Part shown: one piece after another, positions 20,452 to 30,057 of the stretch
How positions within the stretch are numbered: the first letter of the stretch is position 1
Layout of the letters: the number at the start of each line of letters is the position of its first letter
NCBI GenBank assembly: GCA_966128725.1
Contig: CBHYLN010000006.1
Span: 6,236 to 70,235 of the forward strand
DNA length: 64,000 nucleotides
DNA from: an uncultured bacterium
GTDB taxonomy: Bacteria > Bacteroidota > Ignavibacteria > OLB7
Direction: 5' to 3'
Notes under the pieces: generated by a model
The model's database searches: none
What the model saw: only the letters and a program-made list of their open reading frames with translations
Told to the model about the DNA's origin: nothing
Made by a program: the position numbers and the translations under genes

Positions 20452-23088
20452 TCAGCCAACCGGAATCCAATAGGAGAACTTGAGCGTGAAGAAGTTGGTC
20501 CCGAGGGCGGTAATGGACTGGAACAGATCGTCCGGGGCCACGGGCCTGCCGGAGGAATCGTACAGCGATCGATCCTGCTGCCATACCAGATACATGGTGC
20601 TGCCGGGCAGCCACTCCCATCGCATCACCAGATTGCTCCTGAAGGAAACGAAGTAATAATCCGGGAAGGGAATGTTGAACCGGGACGCACCGTCGGTAAC
20701 GGCATATCCCTCATCGGGCACCGGTGTGATGCTGGTTCCGTCGGTACCGTACATCCGCAGGTCGCTGCGCCGCGCGGCAACCAGCTCGCCAAACGAATCA
20801 TATCGCCCGGAGGCCGCGAACGGTTCGGCATATAATTCCAGGCTCATGTCCGGCGAAAGCGAGTACCGTGCCCGCACGGTTGCGTTGATGCTTGTCTGGT
20901 ACACACGGCCGAACACATAACGCGCACCGTAGGTTGCGGCCGGCCCGTCGTTGTACGCCGCAATGAACTGCCGCGTGGTGTTCGATCGCGAATACGTTGG
21001 CTCGAACCGCAGCTCCAGGCGGTCGCCAATAATCGTGCTGATCGACGCCCATGCATTGTAGTACCACTGCTGCTCCCCGTTCCCACCGAAGTTCAGTCCG
21101 GCACTGCCCATTGTGCGGGCGCCGTACGGCGAGTTGACACTCACCGATCCATCCCAGTTCCACGGCACCGCCATCAACGGCCCACCACGTGTCATGTCGT
21201 CGGCGATGCCGGTGGTGCCATAATCGGCCGAAGCCTGTACGCCCCAGAAATTGGGCAATGTCGCGTTGAAGTTCAGGGCAAGCACCGAACCGGAACTTTC
21301 CCACTCGAAGTTGAACGGACTGGATAACGACAGTGTTGCCGAATAATCGTGGAACAGTGCCGTGGGCGTCGTTTCGCGGTAGATAAGCTGGTTCTCGAAG
21401 TTGATATCGGAAGCCGAGCTCAAACGCCCGATGTCATTCAGTTCCAGGCCGGGAGTCTCCACCCAGCCGGATATGGTCCACAGCCAATGGTCGCCGTCGC
21501 GCTTCACCATGGCAAGCCCGCCTGTAAGGCCGGCCAGCGATGTCCGGGTGGAATCGAACCTGACGAACTCGGCATCGGGCCTCTGGAAGTAATGCGCGCT
21601 GGAACGCTGCACGCGCGCAATGGCCCGGGAACTACCGCTTATGTAGCTTCCGCCCAGATGCCCGTTCAGCTCGTAGGTTCCCTTGTCGAACCGAAACACC
21701 CAATCGCCGCCACCGCTGATGGCGGTGCGCACCAGGCGATCATCAAGCGGTGTGCCGGCCTCAAGATCGCGGCGCACGGCGGTCACCATGCCACCAATTT
21801 CCGAGCCGTCGTCGCTCAGTTCGTGCCCAACCCTGGCAACGGCATACGCCGTTACGGGCTCGATCTGCTGCGCATGGATTTCGGTGCTGGAATCCGAAAC
21901 GTCCACGAACTCGCGCTGGGTAACGGCAACCAGACCACCCAACGACGTGCCGGAGGCAAGGCGACCAGTGACCTTCCCGGCGCCAAGAATGGTGGTGTTG
22001 GGCGGCGGCGGGGCCACGGCGTTTGCCGGGGCGCCATGTGGTGGAGCGCCGATGCGGCGCGAGTAGAAGTATCCGCCCGGCCCGGTAAGCAACGAGATAC
22101 CCTCCACAAAAAAGGGCCGGCGCTCATCGAAAATTGTTTCGTACGCCGAAAGGTTCACCTGCGCGGGATCGGCCTCCACCTGGCCGAAGTCCGGATTCAC
22201 CGTTGCATCCAGCGTAAGGTTCGATCCCAGGCCCATCTTCAAGTCAAGGCCGGCATGCGCATGCACCTCGGACTCCTGCGCCGTCGGATCGCCGGGCGTA
22301 CGCTTCGGTGCAAGCGTTGCGCTGAGTGAGGCGTACGGCATTACCTCCAGCCGCATCGTGGGGCGTATCCCGCGTATGCCGGTCAGCTCGCCGAAACGCG
22401 AAGCCCAGCCGGCCACCTCCTTCGGGATCGGTATCCAGTAGATGTCCTCGTTGTTGCTGGGCACATACCGGTCCATGTTCAAGCCCCACACCTGCTCCTC
22501 GTGCTCGTTGAACCGAAGCTGCGAAAACGGAATGCGCATCTCGGCGGTCCAGCCGGCCGAGTCGATCGCCACGCGTGCTTCCCACACCGGATCGAAGCTG
22601 AACTCGCGGGAGAACTCGTTGTCCTCGGCGTGATAATAATCTGTGCGTACGCCTGCGGCGGTTACGCTGAAGCTGTAGGCCGTGCGGCGATCGTGATACG
22701 TATCCAGCGTCACGATGAAACGTTCGGCCGAGCCCGAGTTATCGCGGCGGGTAAGCATCGAATGCAGCTCCTCCGGCTTGGAGCAGTGCATGCGCGCAGC
22801 CACGTACAGCGCATCGGCATCGTACATGAACGCCACCTCGGTTGGCGCGCTCGGCGCCCCGCCCAGCACCGGCTCCTTTTGCAGGAAGTCCGTACGGAAC
22901 GGCACCGCACTCCATACAGCATCATCAAGGCGACCGTCCACGTGTGGGGCGGCCCCCGCCATTGCCACGGCGGTAATACGCTTTCCCGCGGCCGGGTCCG
23001 GCGACGGCGGTGAAATCTGGGCCGCTGCATCGCGGGCCACAACCACGAACAGGAGTACGGCTGGAAGAACGTATCGCAAACGTGTCAT
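20452..23088 (-). CDS. DUF5916 / CBM9-like-domain outer-membrane or secreted protein
   Basis: 878 aa with signal peptide (MTRLRYVLPAVLLFVVVARDAAAQ). N-terminal DGRLDDAVWSAVPF...FLQKEP region typical of CBM9/DOMON-like domains that head DUF5916 proteins. Beta-rich remainder. Confidence 0.55.
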   Translation of the reverse strand: MTRLRYVLPAVLLFVVVARDAAAQISPPSPDPAAGKRITAVAMAGAAPHVDGRLDDAVWSAVPFRTDFLQKEPVLGGAPSAPTEVAFMYDADALYVAARMHCSKPEELHSMLTRRDNSGSAERFIVTLDTYHDRRTAYSFSVTAAGVRTDYYHAEDNEFSREFSFDPVWEARVAIDSAGWTAEMRIPFSQLRFNEHEEQVWGLNMDRYVPSNNEDIYWIPIPKEVAGWASRFGELTGIRGIRPTMRLEVMPYASLSATLAPKRTPGDPTAQESEVHAHAGLDLKMGLGSNLTLDATVNPDFGQVEADPAQVNLSAYETIFDERRPFFVEGISLLTGPGGYFYSRRIGAPPHGAPANAVAPPPPNTTILGAGKVTGRLASGTSLGGLVAVTQREFVDVSDSSTEIHAQQIEPVTAYAVARVGHELSDDGSEIGGMVTAVRRDLEAGTPLDDRLVRTAISGGGDWVFRFDKGTYELNGHLGGSYISGSSRAIARVQRSSAHYFQRPDAEFVRFDSTRTSLAGLTGGLAMVKRDGDHWLWTISGWVETPGLELNDIGRLSSASDINFENQLIYRETTPTALFHDYSATLSLSSPFNFEWESSGSVLALNFNATLPNFWGVQASADYGTTGIADDMTRGGPLMAVPWNWDGSVSVNSPYGARTMGSAGLNFGGNGEQQWYYNAWASISTIIGDRLELRFEPTYSRSNTTRQFIAAYNDGPAATYGARYVFGRVYQTSINATVRARYSLSPDMSLELYAEPFAASGRYDSFGELVAARRSDLRMYGTDGTSITPVPDEGYAVTDGASRFNIPFPDYYFVSFRSNLVMRWEWLPGSTMYLVWQQDRSLYDSSGRPVAPDDLFQSITALGTNFFTLKFSYWIPVG

Positions 23089-23218
23089 GGATATTCAGGC
23101 ATCAGAGTGGGACGAACAGGCATGCGCAAGCACCCGAGCAACGGCGGAACCGACCACGGGAATGCGCAAACGCGGGAGCCGCATGCCATTGATGCCGGCA
23201 TGCAGCATGGCCGGCGAC

Positions 23219-24172
23219 TCAGGCGGCGATCGCGGGCTCGGGCTCGGCAATGGCGCCGCGTCGGCGCCGGATAAGCCCATGCGTGGGCGAAAAAACAAAC
23301 GCGAGAAGGAACTCGAACCCGGCCGTGACGGCAATCGCGCCCGCGATGGAACCGTCGAGCCAGGAGGCAAGCAGATAACCGCCGGCAGCGGCGCCCACGC
23401 CCAGCAGCACGGCGATCGCGATCATGTAGCCCAGCCGGTCGGTAAGCAGATACGCGGCCGACGGTGGCACAACCAGCATTGCAACCACCAGAATCGCGCC
23501 CACCGATTCAAACGCCCCAACGGTGGTAAGCGACACCATGCCCATCAGCATGTAGTGCCAAAGGGTAGCCGAGATTCCCAGGGAGGTTGCAAGCGCGGGG
23601 TCGAATGCCGTTACCTTCAACTCCTTGTAGCCGAACAACACGAACAGCAGATTCAGAACGAACAGCGCGCCAAGCGTCCATACCGCGCGTGGCCCAAGAA
23701 CAAGCCCGGAGGCGGTTACCCACTGGTCCAACGGCACGTAGGCGATCTCGCCGTATAGCACGCACTCCTGATCCAGATCCACCTGTGAGGCGAACAACGT
23801 GATGAGGATAACGCCAAGCGCGAACAGCCATGTGAACGTTACGCCGATGGAAGCATCTTGTTGCAGTTTTCCTCGGCGGTGCAACGTCTCGATGGCAAAC
23901 GTGGTGATCACGCCCAGCGCGCCGGCGCCAACCAGCATGGGCAGCGGTGCACGGCTCCCGGAAAGAAGGAACGCGATCGCAATGCCCGGCAACACGGCGT
24001 GGCTGATGGCATCGCCCAGCATCGCCATGCGCCGCAGCACAAGGAAGCACCCAACAAGCGAGCACGCCCCCGCGGCGAGCGCTCCGGTCAATATGATCCA
24101 ACCGCTATCGGACATCGTTGCACGTTCCTGTTGTTGATTGTCGGCGTCCCGCCTCGCCGGCCCGGCGACCAC
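23219..24172 (-). CDS. metal (Mn/Zn/Fe) ABC transporter permease (ABC-3 family)
   Basis: 317 aa, ~8 TM. Glycine-rich helices typical of ZnuB/MntB/TroD permeases. Confidence 0.7.
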   Translation of the reverse strand: MVAGPARRDADNQQQERATMSDSGWIILTGALAAGACSLVGCFLVLRRMAMLGDAISHAVLPGIAIAFLLSGSRAPLPMLVGAGALGVITTFAIETLHRRGKLQQDASIGVTFTWLFALGVILITLFASQVDLDQECVLYGEIAYVPLDQWVTASGLVLGPRAVWTLGALFVLNLLFVLFGYKELKVTAFDPALATSLGISATLWHYMLMGMVSLTTVGAFESVGAILVVAMLVVPPSAAYLLTDRLGYMIAIAVLLGVGAAAGGYLLASWLDGSIAGAIAVTAGFEFLLAFVFSPTHGLIRRRRGAIAEPEPAIAA

Positions 24173-24190
24173 GGACGGAACTGTCAGGCG

Positions 24191-24682
24191 TTATTGCCGC
24201 CCGGCGTTCCATGCGGCCAGGTTGCGACGTATCTGCGCGATATGCACCGGCACGTGTGCCTCGTAGGTATCCAGCCAGTCATCCAGCGTCATGGTCCCGT
24301 TTTCGGGATGTTCGATCGTGTTGGCCCAGACCGATTCCGGCAACGCCCGTATCAGCTCGTACGTGGTTGCGCGCAGCACGCGGAACAGCTCCAGCGCGGC
24401 GTCGGTATCACGGTTGTGATAGTCCAGCGCCTCGGCCCACTTGTTTTCGTCGTACGCGATCACCGCGCTGCCCGGCTCGGCAATGGCCCGGCGGCAACGG
24501 ATGAAACTGTTGGCTTCGCTGTCGGCAACATGGATCACTACCTCATGCACCGTCCACTTCCCGGGCGCCGGGCGATACTGCCACATCTCGCGCGGCACCT
24601 CGGCAAGCGCTTCGGTAAGCAGCTCGTATGCCCGGGCATAGGAATCCAGTTTCTGGAGCCGGATCTCCGGTTCAAACGTCAT
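24191..24682 (-). CDS. DinB/YfiT-like (DinB_2) metal-dependent four-helix-bundle protein
   Basis: 163 aa. Spaced His residues (WTVHEVVIHVADSE ... HVPVHIAQI) as in DinB_2 family. Confidence 0.55.
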   Translation of the reverse strand: MTFEPEIRLQKLDSYARAYELLTEALAEVPREMWQYRPAPGKWTVHEVVIHVADSEANSFIRCRRAIAEPGSAVIAYDENKWAEALDYHNRDTDAALELFRVLRATTYELIRALPESVWANTIEHPENGTMTLDDWLDTYEAHVPVHIAQIRRNLAAWNAGRQ

Positions 24683-24754
24683 GTCGGTCCCCTTGCCGAT
24701 TGGTTTCAGGATATATGGTCAGCAACTTTTTAATAGCCGTTGATGGTCACGAGG

Positions 24755-25555
24755 CTACCACACCGGGTATCGCAACGATAGTCCAGCGCCAATTCGGTAG
24801 TCGGGCGCGGCTTCGCTGAGGCCCGCACCAATCGAACCATCGAACTGTAGCCAGGGCAACACCAGGCAGGTAAGGCCCGCGTTTGCCGAAAACTCGGCCG
24901 TCGAGCCGGAGCGAGAGCGCCCGAGCACCTCGGCGAACATGCCCACCTCATCGGTGACCGCCAGGCCCACGACAAGCGTGTAGATGAATGCGCCTTCGGG
25001 GTCGGAGCCATCCCACTCGGCGCCAATGTTCGCCCCAACATCCAGGGCCTCGCCCAGGGAATGTTCGGCCGCCACCCGGAACGATGGCGCCACGTTTGCG
25101 GGCCGGTAGGCCGAATCACCAACGGGAAGCTCCAGCTCGCAGATCAACGCCAGCCTGGGCAATACGTCGCCCTCCGGGGCCACAGCGGTTTTAACACCCA
25201 CTGTGACGCTCCCCAACCCGCCGTGTTCCATGTCGTTCACGCGAACCACGTCGTTAGGGAAGTGATACGCGGCGCCCAGACGCAACTCCGTGGTCCCAAG
25301 CAGCCCATACCGCGCCAACACACCAATCTCGGCATCCAACATTGTGGAGCCAATCGAGCTCGCATCATCGGCCAACGTAAGCCAACCACCTTCGGTCTGC
25401 AGCCAGCCCTCCGGCACCACCCAGGCGGACTCGGTTTCGTCGGGACGGTCGGTAATCATGGTGGCCGGCTCCTGCGCGCGCACCTTGGTGGGCAAAACCG
25501 CCGATGCTAGAAGGGCGGCAACAAACAGCGATACGATGTACACACGTGTGATCAT
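24755..25555 (-). CDS. outer-membrane beta-barrel protein (MetA-pathway/'ITDRPD' transporter family)
   Basis: Signal peptide (MITRVYIVSLFVAALLASAVLPTKVRAQ), ITDRPD motif, alternating beta-strand pattern and C-terminal aromatic residue. Start trimmed to 25553-25555. Confidence 0.5.
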   Translation of the reverse strand: MITRVYIVSLFVAALLASAVLPTKVRAQEPATMITDRPDETESAWVVPEGWLQTEGGWLTLADDASSIGSTMLDAEIGVLARYGLLGTTELRLGAAYHFPNDVVRVNDMEHGGLGSVTVGVKTAVAPEGDVLPRLALICELELPVGDSAYRPANVAPSFRVAAEHSLGEALDVGANIGAEWDGSDPEGAFIYTLVVGLAVTDEVGMFAEVLGRSRSGSTAEFSANAGLTCLVLPWLQFDGSIGAGLSEAAPDYRIGAGLSLRYPVW

Positions 25556-25586
25556 GGCTTCGTTGAGTGTGGGCCGCACGGAACGA

Positions 25587-26906
25587 TTATCGGTACGGAA
25601 TGGCACGTTCGTGCGGATCGCTCGACGGCCGGTTCAGCAATTGCTCCAGCCGTTCCTCCAGTTCGGGCGTCAGCACGTGTTCGATCGATTCGGCATCGTC
25701 GTGTACGTGGTCGGGCGCGATCTGAACATAGTCGGTGAGATATACCTCCCACAATCGGTGCAAACGGGTAACACGTTCGCCCTGGCGGCTGCCCTCCGGT
25801 GTAAGCCGCCATGCTTCCCCCTGCTGCTCCAGATAGCCATGCCGCGCCAGACGCCGCACAACGCGCAGCAGCAGCGCATGCGGCATCGAGCGCCGCGAGC
25901 GGATCTCGTCCAGCCCGCGAGCGGCAAACGGCTGATGATCAACCTCGGCCAGGTGGTGGAACGCCTTCAGGACGTTTTCCTCCAGCGTGCGGCGCCGGTT
26001 GTTTCGCTGGCGTCGCAACCGCGCAACCGCGCCGCGCCTGGGGGCGGCCAGCACGGAGACGGCGAAGATCAACGTGGCCGAGGTGACAATCCACGGGCCT
26101 GTTGGCATGTGCGGAGCCACGTAGCTGACAAACGCACCGGAATAGCCGGCGAACGCGCCAAACGCGGCGGCCAGTAACAGCATCACCGGCAGGCGATCGG
26201 TCCAGTAGCGCGCTGCTGCGGCGGGCGTGATCAACATGGCCGCCATCAACACCACGCCAACAGCCTGAATGCCAACCACCACGGCAAGCACCATCAGCGT
26301 TGTAAGCACGATCTCCAGACCCCGCACCGGCAGGCCCAGCGATCGGGCAAAACCGCCGTCGAACGCCAGCAGCTTGAAATCCTTGTACAGCAGCAGGATC
26401 GCCAGCACCAGCACCAGACTTACCGAGGAGAACACCACCACATCCTCCGGAAGCAGCGAGGCTGCCTGGCCGAACAGGAACTTGTCCAGCCCGGATTGCT
26501 CGGCCGCGCCGGACGCCTGGATGTGGGTCAGCAGCAGGATGCCCAGCCCGAAGAACACGCTCAGCACGATGCCGATCGCGGAGTCCTCACGGATGCGCGA
26601 GTTGCGCACGATGGCATCCATCGCCATCATGCTCAACCAGCCGGCGATCGCCGCGCCGATCAACAACGCCACCGGATTTTTTCCGCCGATCACCATGAAG
26701 GCAATGGCCACCCCGGGCAGCGCGGCATGCGCAACCGCATCGCCAACCAGCGCGCGCTTGCGCAGCAGGGCAAAGCAGCCGATCGCGGCCGACCCGATTC
26801 CCAGAAGAACCGAGCCAACCACAACCACCCGCACATTGAGATCGCGCAGCAGAAGAAAATTCAGGATATCCACGGCATGGTCCGGTACAGTCAAATGAAT
26901 GGCCAA
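25587..26906 (-). CDS. metal ABC transporter permease fused to a C-terminal DtxR/MntR-like metal-sensing domain
   Basis: N-terminal ~290 aa ABC-3 permease (8 TM). C-terminal ~140 aa soluble domain (LRVVRRLARHGYLEQQG..., RLHRLWEVYLTD) resembling the winged-helix and dimerisation region of DtxR-family repressors. Confidence 0.6.
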   Translation of the reverse strand: MAIHLTVPDHAVDILNFLLLRDLNVRVVVVGSVLLGIGSAAIGCFALLRKRALVGDAVAHAALPGVAIAFMVIGGKNPVALLIGAAIAGWLSMMAMDAIVRNSRIREDSAIGIVLSVFFGLGILLLTHIQASGAAEQSGLDKFLFGQAASLLPEDVVVFSSVSLVLVLAILLLYKDFKLLAFDGGFARSLGLPVRGLEIVLTTLMVLAVVVGIQAVGVVLMAAMLITPAAAARYWTDRLPVMLLLAAAFGAFAGYSGAFVSYVAPHMPTGPWIVTSATLIFAVSVLAAPRRGAVARLRRQRNNRRRTLEENVLKAFHHLAEVDHQPFAARGLDEIRSRRSMPHALLLRVVRRLARHGYLEQQGEAWRLTPEGSRQGERVTRLHRLWEVYLTDYVQIAPDHVHDDAESIEHVLTPELEERLEQLLNRPSSDPHERAIPYR

Positions 26907-26927
26907 TGCAAACGTGCGCGGCGCGCG

Positions 26928-27752
26928 TCATCCGTCACGCCCGGAGCGGCCCTGCTGGCGCATCAGCTCGGTAACCTCGCTGAGGATATTCAGCCGGCCA
27001 CCGTAGGTCTTCTGCAGAAGCTCGCCGGTGAAGGCGTCGTCGATCGGGCCAAAGGCTACCTGGCGAAGGTTCAGCAGCAACACCCAGTCGAAATATTCGC
27101 GCGCGGTCTGCAAGTCGTGGTGCACCACCAGCACCGTCTTGCCAAGGCGGCGCATCTCGCGAAGCAAATCCACGATGGCCGTTTCGGTGGAGGCATCAAC
27201 GCCAACAAACGGTTCATCCATCAGGTAGATATCGGCGTCCTGCGCCAGGGCACGGGCCAGGAACACTCGTTGCTGCTGCCCACCGGAGAGCTGCGAAATC
27301 TGGCGTTCGGCGAAATCATGCATCCCCACCTTGCGCAGCGATTCGCGCGCCACCTCAACATCGGCCGCGCGCGGCCTGCGGAACAGGCCCAGCCGGCCAT
27401 AACGGCCCATCAGCACAACGTCGAGCGCGTTTGTTGGGAAATCCCAATCCACCGAGCTGCGCTGCGGCACGTATCCCACACGCCGGCGCACGCTGGCAAG
27501 GTCCTCGCCAAAGATCTTCACGTAGCCGCTGGAGAGCGGCACCAGACCCATCACGGCCTTGATCAGCGTTGACTTCCCCGCCCCGTTCGGCCCCACGATC
27601 CCGATCAGCTTTCCGCTGGGCACGGCGAAATCGATATCCCACAGCACCGGCCTGCGATTGTAGCTCACGGTAAGATCGTGCACCTCGAGCGGCGAAACGG
27701 CCCCGGCAACAGGCCCAGCGGAGTGCGGCATGGCGGTGTCTTGAACGCTCAT
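26928..27752 (-). CDS. metal ABC transporter ATP-binding protein (ZnuC/MntA-like)
   Basis: Walker A GPNGAGKST, signature LSGGQQQR, Walker B IYLMDEP. Track ORF trimmed to the ATG at 27750-27752, directly abutting the upstream SBP stop. Confidence 0.8.
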   Translation of the reverse strand: MSVQDTAMPHSAGPVAGAVSPLEVHDLTVSYNRRPVLWDIDFAVPSGKLIGIVGPNGAGKSTLIKAVMGLVPLSSGYVKIFGEDLASVRRRVGYVPQRSSVDWDFPTNALDVVLMGRYGRLGLFRRPRAADVEVARESLRKVGMHDFAERQISQLSGGQQQRVFLARALAQDADIYLMDEPFVGVDASTETAIVDLLREMRRLGKTVLVVHHDLQTAREYFDWVLLLNLRQVAFGPIDDAFTGELLQKTYGGRLNILSEVTELMRQQGRSGRDG

Positions 27753-28699
27753 CGCAGTGCCTTCACGATTTTGTTGACGTTGGCCGACACCATGCCGATA
27801 TACGTCCCCTCGGCGGTTCCGGCGGCCCCCATCGCGTCGGAGTAAAGCTGGCCGCCGATCGTGATATCGTGTCCCTTGTCGCGCACGCCCTTCACCACGG
27901 CTTCGATGGAACGCTTCGGCACGCTCGACTCCACGAACACCGATTTCACACGCCGTTCCACAATCATGTTCACGAGCGATGTGATGTCGGCAAGGCCGAA
28001 CTCGCTCACGGTGCTGATGCCCTGCAAACCGCGCACCTCGATATCGTAGGCGCGCCCGAAATACCCGAAGGCATCGTGCGCGGTAACCAGCACGCGCCCC
28101 TCGCGTGGGATCGAGGCGATCTGCTGGCGCACCCACACGTCCAGCGAATCCAGACGCGCCAGGTACGCCACGGCGTTGCGTTCGTATTCGGCCGCATGCG
28201 CGGTGTCGAACTGCTTCAGTTGATCGGCGACCGTGCGAACCGCGCGCTGCCACAACTGCACATCGAACCAGATATGCGGGTCGTAATTGCCCTTGAACTC
28301 CGGGGGGCGGCGCAGCTTCGCCGTATCGATGCCGGCGGCCACCGGGCTCACGGGCTTGCTTTGGGCCAGCTTCTCCAATGCGTCAACCATCTTCCCTTCC
28401 AGATGCAGCCCGTTGTAGAACACGATGTCGGCATTGCGAAGCTTTTCAAGATCGCCCTGCGTGGCCTTGTAGAGATGCGGGTCAACGCCCGGCCCCATCA
28501 ACGCAACAACCGTAACGTGGCTACCGCCAACGTTGTGAACCGCGTCGGCGATCATTCCGGTTGTCACAACGGCGGTGAACGGCTCGTTGCCGGATCGGCG
28601 CGGCCCTCGCTGTTCGCTGCACGCGGCAAACGCAAACGAGGCAAGAAGCACAAGAACCAGGCGGATGTGTATGCGATGCGATGAACTCATTGTTGGCAA
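27749..28699 (-). CDS. metal ABC transporter substrate-binding protein (ZnuA/MntC/TroA family)
   Basis: Lipoprotein-type signal (LLASFAFAACS). His-containing metal site motifs (VDPHLY, DPHIWFD). 316 aa. Confidence 0.8.
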   Translation of the reverse strand: MPTMSSSHRIHIRLVLVLLASFAFAACSEQRGPRRSGNEPFTAVVTTGMIADAVHNVGGSHVTVVALMGPGVDPHLYKATQGDLEKLRNADIVFYNGLHLEGKMVDALEKLAQSKPVSPVAAGIDTAKLRRPPEFKGNYDPHIWFDVQLWQRAVRTVADQLKQFDTAHAAEYERNAVAYLARLDSLDVWVRQQIASIPREGRVLVTAHDAFGYFGRAYDIEVRGLQGISTVSEFGLADITSLVNMIVERRVKSVFVESSVPKRSIEAVVKGVRDKGHDITIGGQLYSDAMGAAGTAEGTYIGMVSANVNKIVKALR

Positions 28700-28766
28700 C
28701 TCCCAATCTCTCTATCTCTCGATTTCCCGGTTCCGGATGCACCCGGCGACCGTGCATGCCAGCACC

Positions 28767-29507
28767 CTAGCGCTGGGCAACAATTGCAAGGCGCGAAGCC
28801 CCGAAGGCGAATGGGCGGCCGGTGCTGGTATCGTATCCTTCCACTGTTCCGAAGCCTGCATCGCGCAGCATCGCCGCCAGTTCGCGATACGTGTAGATCA
28901 TCATCGAACTCTCGGAAGTCCGGGCGGGATGGCCGTCGCGCAGAAACGTCCAGACCACGTTAATGCATCCGGCAGCATGGTCGTACCGCCGCTCCTCGGT
29001 GATGATCATCCCGGCCTGGCGCGTAAAGCCGCGCGGCTGAAGCTTCGGCAGCAGCGATTCGGCAACATGTGTGTCGATCAGGAACCGAGCGCCCGGGCGC
29101 AGCGACCGCGCCACGGAGTTCAGGAATTCGACGTTGCCGGCGTGATCGAAATAGCCGAAGCTCCCGAAGAAGCAGTAGGCCGCATCGAACTCGGCATCGC
29201 GGTTGATGGCGCGCATGTCGCCCTCGATCCACTCGATCTCCAGGTTCCGTTCGGCGGCCCTTCGGCGCGCCTCGGCCAGAAGAGCGGGCGTGATGTCCAG
29301 CCCGGTAACGCGCATGCCGCGCCCCGCCAGCTCGATGGCATGCCGCCCCGGACCGCACGGAACATCCAACAGCCGCGCGCCGGGCCGAAGCTCCAGCAGG
29401 CGCACCAGCAAATCCGCTTCGGCCCCGGTGCGCTCCGGCTCGATTGCCGTCGCCACATCGTACCACTGATCCGAAGCGAACAGTTTACCCCACCATTCGT
29501 CCATCAT
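28767..29507 (-). CDS. class I SAM-dependent methyltransferase
   Basis: Motif I LDVPCGPGRHAIELA and post-I acidic residue (GLDIT). 246 aa. Paralog of 37902..38753. Confidence 0.7.
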   Translation of the reverse strand: MMDEWWGKLFASDQWYDVATAIEPERTGAEADLLVRLLELRPGARLLDVPCGPGRHAIELAGRGMRVTGLDITPALLAEARRRAAERNLEIEWIEGDMRAINRDAEFDAAYCFFGSFGYFDHAGNVEFLNSVARSLRPGARFLIDTHVAESLLPKLQPRGFTRQAGMIITEERRYDHAAGCINVVWTFLRDGHPARTSESSMMIYTYRELAAMLRDAGFGTVEGYDTSTGRPFAFGASRLAIVAQR

Positions 29508-29579
29508 GTCATCCTTATTCCAACTGCATCAATCACAAGGGATCCGTTCGATCCGCCAACACACCCGATCCACGATGGA

Positions 29580-30053
29580 TCAGACGCTGCCGCGAAGCCG
29601 GCGCAGCATGCGGCGCAACCGGTCGACGAACGAAATTTTGGCGGCCGGCACATTTGGCGCGCGCACACCAATCTCGGCGTACAGCATCTCGTAAAAACGC
29701 GGCGAGCCAAACGGCGCCTGCATTACACGATGCCCCATGGCGTTCAGATCGATGTACATCGCCGCCGCGGCAATGGTATTCATGGTGTGCACGATGAATG
29801 CCCCATGCTCGCCGCCGTTGGCGCGCAGCCACCGCACCACCTCCATCCCGCAGTCGTCGCGGCTGCTCTCCACAAACGTTTCGCCGCCAAGGTCATGGTC
29901 CAGCAACACCAGATCGAATCGTGCCTCGCCAAGGCGCGCGATACACTCGGCGGCGGTTTCCACCGTAAGCAGCTCGCAGGCCACGGCGCGAAGGCGAAGG
30001 CGGATTTCATCGGTACGGCGTGTGTCGTCGTCCAGGAACAGAATCGTCTTCAT
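29580..30053 (-). CDS. stand-alone receiver (REC)-like domain protein
   Basis: 157 aa from the ATG at 30051-30053. LFLDDD acidic pocket, LVLLDHDLGG (putative phospho-acceptor Asp) and FIVHTMN as in CheY-like folds. No output domain. Confidence 0.5.
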   Translation of the reverse strand: MKTILFLDDDTRRTDEIRLRLRAVACELLTVETAAECIARLGEARFDLVLLDHDLGGETFVESSRDDCGMEVVRWLRANGGEHGAFIVHTMNTIAAAAMYIDLNAMGHRVMQAPFGSPRFYEMLYAEIGVRAPNVPAAKISFVDRLRRMLRRLRGSV

Positions 30054-30057
30054 CGCT

